Positions 28,628 to 32,000 of a stretch of 32,000 bases of DNA are shown one piece after another (position 1 is the first letter of the stretch; the number at the start of each line of letters is the position of its first letter). Source of the stretch: Prochlorococcus marinus subsp. pastoris str. CCMP1986. Its GTDB lineage: Bacteria > Cyanobacteriota > Cyanobacteriia > PCC-6307 > Cyanobiaceae. The translations under genes and the position numbers were made by a program. Where the stretch lies: positions 1,440,001 through 1,472,000 of the forward strand of contig NC_005072.1 in the NCBI RefSeq assembly GCF_000011465.1, read 5' to 3'. The notes below the pieces were generated by a model. That model ran no database searches. It worked only from the letters and a program-made list of their open reading frames with translations, and was not told the DNA's origin.

Positions 28628-28724
28628 TTTGAAACTCCATCTTATATTGATTATTGAATATTTTGTTTTTGCTTTTTTTGCAAGAGAATATTAATGTTTA
28701 ATAAATAGTATCTAGATTAATTCC

Positions 28725-29528
28725 TTGAATAATATTGGTGTAATTTTATTTGATATAGATGGTGTTATACGAAGCGTAGAGAATAGTTATAGGCTCTCAC
28801 TAAAAAAAACAGTTTATCGATTTTGCGGCTGGGAGCCTAGCTATCGAGATATAGATAATGCAAAAAACGAAGGTATCTGGAATAACGATTGGGATTTAAG
28901 TTTAGAACTGATAAAGAGGCATATTAAAAGTAAGAATCTAAAACTTAAACCACCTCAAAGAGAAGATATAATTCTATGTTTTGAAGGCTTCTACTTTGGT
29001 GGGAATCCAAATAAAGATAGTAATGACTGGTCAGGTTTTATAAAAAATGAGGAGTTGCTAGTGGAAAAAGAATTTTTTTCTACATTAAGTGCCAATGGAA
29101 TTATTTGGGGATTTGTAAGTGGAGCTGAATCTGCATCTGCCAAATTTGTTTTAGAAAATAGACTTAAATTAATATCTCCCCCCTTAATAGCAATGGGTGA
29201 TGCTCCTGATAAGCCAGATCCTCAAGGTTTTCTTGAATTAGCAAGCAAGCTTTCCGAAAGTAGTTTGGGTTATGCAAATGTACCCATTGCTTATTTAGGT
29301 GACACAATTGCTGATATCAATACAGTTTCTAATGCAAAAAAAAGAATTCCAAGTCAAAAATTTATAAGCATTGGAGTAGCCCCTCCTCATCTCCATTTAG
29401 AATCTAGGATGAAAGAACGTATTTCGTATGAATCAAAACTTAAAGAGGCAGGAGCTGATTTAATTCTAAATACAGTAAATGATCTTAAAAATATAGATAT
29501 TGATTTTTTTAAAAAATTCCAAGAATAA
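28725..29528 (+). CDS. HAD-superfamily hydrolase
   Basis: Motif I LFDIDGVIR (DxDG) and a late GDTIAD motif. TTG start sits a few residues before motif I. Confidence 0.7.
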   Translation: MNNIGVILFDIDGVIRSVENSYRLSLKKTVYRFCGWEPSYRDIDNAKNEGIWNNDWDLSLELIKRHIKSKNLKLKPPQREDIILCFEGFYFGGNPNKDSNDWSGFIKNEELLVEKEFFSTLSANGIIWGFVSGAESASAKFVLENRLKLISPPLIAMGDAPDKPDPQGFLELASKLSESSLGYANVPIAYLGDTIADINTVSNAKKRIPSQKFISIGVAPPHLHLESRMKERISYESKLKEAGADLILNTVNDLKNIDIDFFKKFQE

Positions 29529-29550
29529 AAATAATTCTTATAAATAATTA

Positions 29551-29639
29551 CGGAGAGGGAGGGATTCGAACCCTCGACAAAAGTTACCTCCTGTAACTCC
29601 TTAGCAGGGAGCCGCTTTCAACCACTCAGCCACCTCTCC
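29551..29639 (-). tRNA. tRNA-Ser (anticodon GCU), no encoded CCA
   Basis: The minus-strand sequence GGAGAGGTGGCTGAGTGGTTGAAAGCGGCTCCCTGCTAAGGAGTTACAGGAGGTAACTTTTGTCGAGGGTTCGAATCCCTCCCTCTCCG folds by hand into a cloverleaf. It has a 7-bp acceptor stem, anticodon loop CTGCTAA, a long variable arm and a GGTTCGAATCC T-loop. Confidence 0.93.
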
Positions 29640-29700
29640 AGTTCTTCTACATTATCAATTTTTGAGCAAACATTCAAAATTATTTATTTAATCGAAATGT

Positions 29701-30888
29701 CTAATCAACTTGGACTCTTGGTAATCTATTTTTAAAAGAGCAAAGAATTTCCCAAGGAATGCTATTACATTTATCTGCCCAGTCAATCGGAGAAATTGAT
29801 TTATCTCCTTCAGATCCTAGTAGTAGCATGGTACTACCAACTTCAATATCATTTGAGTCTGTAATATCTACCATCATTTGATCCATTGTTATAGATCCAA
29901 CTTGAGGATAAAGTCTTTTATTATGAATCAAACTTATTTTGCCAGATAAATTTCTAATGATGCCATCAGCATAACCAATACTTAAAACTGCTAACTTTGT
30001 TTTTCTATCACTAACAAATTTATTTCCATAACTGACTCCAATACCTTTTTCAATAGTTCGAACAAAAGTCACTTTAGCCTTTAAAAATAAAGCAGGTTTA
30101 AGAAATAAATTTTCATTTATATTTACTGATGGGTCATAGCCATACATAGAAAGGCCAACGCGTACCATATCAAAATGAAAATCTTTGCCAAGAACCATGC
30201 CAGCAGAATTAGCAAGATGAATCTTAATATTTTGTGTATTATCAATATCAATAATTTTCAATAATTCTTGAAATTTTTCTTTTTGTAATTGAGTGCTGCT
30301 TTTAGGATTCAAAGCATTCTTTTCATCTGCGCAGGCGAGATGACTATATATTCCCTTAACAGCAATATTTTCAAGTGATTTAATATTATTAAATTGTTGA
30401 ACAAACTGATCACATTCAAATCCTAATCTTGACATCCCAGTATCAACTTTTAGATGCAACGAGAATTTTAAATTATTACTCTTTCCAATGTTATTACAAA
30501 TCAAACACTCCCTAAATGTACTAATAGTTGGCATCAAATCATTTCTAAAACATATTAATAAATCTTTTTTCGTATAAAGATTACCAAGTACAAGAATTGG
30601 GGCATTTATCCCAAAAGAACGAAGCTTTATACCCTCCTTTAAGGTTGCTACTCCTAATTGAGAAGCGCCACCTTTAATCGCTTTTTCAGATACAACTTTT
30701 GCATCATGTCCATATCCATCAGCTTTGACAACTGCCATAAATTCACAATTATTTTTTAATTTTGATCTTAATTGCCTTACGTTTGACTCTATTGCTTTAC
30801 CACTGACTTCTATCCAAGCTCTTTGAGTTGGATCTATTTCTCCTTCAAAACTTGGAAGAGTATCAAAATTAATTTTTCGATTATTCAA
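29701..30888 (-). CDS. alr: Alanine racemase
   Basis: 395 aa. PLP-lysine motif AVVKADGYGHD, an N-terminal barrel and a C-terminal beta domain. Confidence 0.92.
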   Translation of the reverse strand: MNNRKINFDTLPSFEGEIDPTQRAWIEVSGKAIESNVRQLRSKLKNNCEFMAVVKADGYGHDAKVVSEKAIKGGASQLGVATLKEGIKLRSFGINAPILVLGNLYTKKDLLICFRNDLMPTISTFRECLICNNIGKSNNLKFSLHLKVDTGMSRLGFECDQFVQQFNNIKSLENIAVKGIYSHLACADEKNALNPKSSTQLQKEKFQELLKIIDIDNTQNIKIHLANSAGMVLGKDFHFDMVRVGLSMYGYDPSVNINENLFLKPALFLKAKVTFVRTIEKGIGVSYGNKFVSDRKTKLAVLSIGYADGIIRNLSGKISLIHNKRLYPQVGSITMDQMMVDITDSNDIEVGSTMLLLGSEGDKSISPIDWADKCNSIPWEILCSFKNRLPRVQVD

Positions 30889-30917
30889 AGAATTTGAATT
30901 AATGATTAAGCGATTAT

Positions 30918-31475
30918 ATGCGCTTATTTAAATATACCGCTAGCATGACATGTAAATTGATTTTTGGCATGGGCCAGACTCTTGTTTTAAATGCATCTTA
31001 TGAACCTTTAAACATTACTTCTTGGCGAAGAGCTGTAATTTTAATGATCAAAGGTAAAGCTGAAAGTTTAGAAGAAGATCAATCATATGCCATACATTCT
31101 GGGCAAAACCTTCCTACTGTTATTAGGCTTCGCTACTACGTTAAAGTTCCCTTCAGAGAAGTCGCACTTACAAGAAAAAATATACTTCTTAGAGACAATA
31201 ATTCATGTCAATATTGTAACCACAGAGGTAGTGATTTATCGATAGATCATGTTTTACCACGAAGCAGAGGTGGAACTGACAACTGGGAAAATGTAACAAC
31301 TGCATGCCTTAGATGTAATGTTCAAAAAGGTAATAGGACTCCCGAAGAAGCAAATATGCCTTTAAAACGAAAGCCATATCGTCCATTAAGTAATCTAAAT
31401 TTTGAAGCCACTAGACAAATAGACTCTGGAAAACATAAAGAATGGAGTAAATATGTGATTGGGTTAGCTGCTTAA
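30918..31475 (+). CDS. Stand-alone HNH endonuclease-domain protein
   Basis: CQYCNH...IDHVLPRSRGGTDNWENVTTACLRCNVQKGNRTPEEA is an HNH/zinc-ribbon motif. The likely true start is an internal ATG, at 30969 (MGQTLVLNASYEPLN) or 30945. Confidence 0.8.
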   Translation: MRLFKYTASMTCKLIFGMGQTLVLNASYEPLNITSWRRAVILMIKGKAESLEEDQSYAIHSGQNLPTVIRLRYYVKVPFREVALTRKNILLRDNNSCQYCNHRGSDLSIDHVLPRSRGGTDNWENVTTACLRCNVQKGNRTPEEANMPLKRKPYRPLSNLNFEATRQIDSGKHKEWSKYVIGLAA

Positions 31476-31481
31476 AATTAA

Positions 31482-32000
31482 TTAATTTTCATTCTCATTA
31501 AAATCTTCTAGCATCCTTTTTTGTTCTTGTGCTAAACAAGCATAAATAACATCATCTAATTGTCCTGCCAGAATCGGCTCTAATGCAAAATTGGATCCCA
31601 ACCTATGATCAGTAGTTCTATTATCCTTAAAGTTATAAGTTCTAATTTTTTCGCTTCTATCTCCACTTCCAACTTGCATTAGCCTTTGTGACCTTTCCTT
31701 AGCATTAGCTTCTTTTAATTGAATCTCATATAACTTAGCTCTTAGAATTTCCATAGCTCGCTCACGATTTTGTAGCTGAGATCTTTCTTGTGTACAAAAT
31801 ACTCTGATACCTGTTGGCTTATGAATTAGATCAATAGCAGTCTCTACCTTATTAACATTTTGACCTCCAGCACCACCTGATCTAGCCGTACCAATTTCTA
31901 TCTCAGTTGGATCAATCTTAACTTCTACTGGATCAGCCTCAGGCATAACCGCAACTGTTGCAGTAGAAGTATGAACTCTGCCTTGAGATTCAGTTGCTGG
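31482..32000 (-). CDS. prfA: Peptide chain release factor 1, C-terminal part (gene continues past the window end)
   Basis: GGQ motif in [18 protein letters not shown], plus [16 protein letters not shown]. The reading frame stays open to position 32000. Confidence 0.93.
   Translation of the reverse strand, partial: PATESQGRVHTSTATVAVMPEADPVEVKIDPTEIEIGTARSGGAGGQNVNKVETAIDLIHKPTGIRVFCTQERSQLQNRERAMEILRAKLYEIQLKEANAKERSQRLMQVGSGDRSEKIRTYNFKDNRTTDHRLGSNFALEPILAGQLDDVIYACLAQEQKRMLEDFNENEN

Noticed and set aside
28628-28724. A possible terminator after cbiG-cobJ (TTGC-TTTTTTT-GCAA).
   Set aside because: The stem is only 4 bp with a T-only loop, too weak to call.
29551-29639. tRNA-Ser considered as a genomic-island integration site.
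   Set aside because: No integrase gene is nearby, I spotted no duplicated copy of the tRNA 3' end, and the flanking genes (HAD hydrolase, alr) look like ordinary chromosomal genes.
29649-29657. An extended -10-like element (minus strand TGATAATGT) 9 nt upstream of the tRNA-Ser 5' end.
   Set aside because: It is plausible, but there is no convincing -35. The tRNA could equally be processed from the alr transcript, which ends 61 nt upstream on the same strand.

Overview
The window is visibly AT-rich and very tightly packed. It looks like core chromosome of a marine picocyanobacterium, most consistent with a high-light-type Prochlorococcus; this is judged from protein sequences and gene order and was not searched.

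Gene order: dapL (5' fragment) | rne-rnhB | DUF1997 | pheA | LON-domain protein and sll0418-like methyltransferase | rpsL-rpsG-fusA-tuf-rpsJ | Fd-GOGAT and YCII | lipA | resolvase-like gene and small acidic ORF | beta-lactamase-fold hydrolase head-to-head with an SH3b-NlpC/P60 peptidase | psaI-psaL | TM/HEAT-like ORF | GT2 glycosyltransferase | psaA-psaB | cbiG-cobJ fusion | HAD hydrolase | tRNA-Ser(GCU) | alr | HNH protein | prfA (3' part).

I see no CRISPR array, transposase, prophage remnant, rRNA or obvious defence island. Most of the window is ordinary housekeeping and photosynthesis DNA.

The least explained stretch is about 16.7-19.6 kb:
- a 260-nt intergenic region holds an orphan terminator-like hairpin followed by a T7 run;
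- a serine-recombinase-fold protein has its nucleophile Ser and one catalytic Arg substituted but keeps its HTH;
- a small, very acidic ORF appears translationally coupled to it;
- two signal-peptide-less cell-wall-type hydrolase genes are divergent, with overlapping 5' ends.

Smaller observations:
- psaI, a 37-codon gene missing from the ORF track;
- the RNase E Arg-rich C-terminal motif, dual-coded with the rnhB 5' end;
- a perfect 15-nt palindrome that encodes both C-termini of a convergent gene pair;
- a 10-bp inverted repeat upstream of psaA;
- a TTG start on fusA;
- near-zero spacing at almost every convergent gene junction.

All structure and motif coordinates were worked out by hand. 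Nothing here has been checked against a database.
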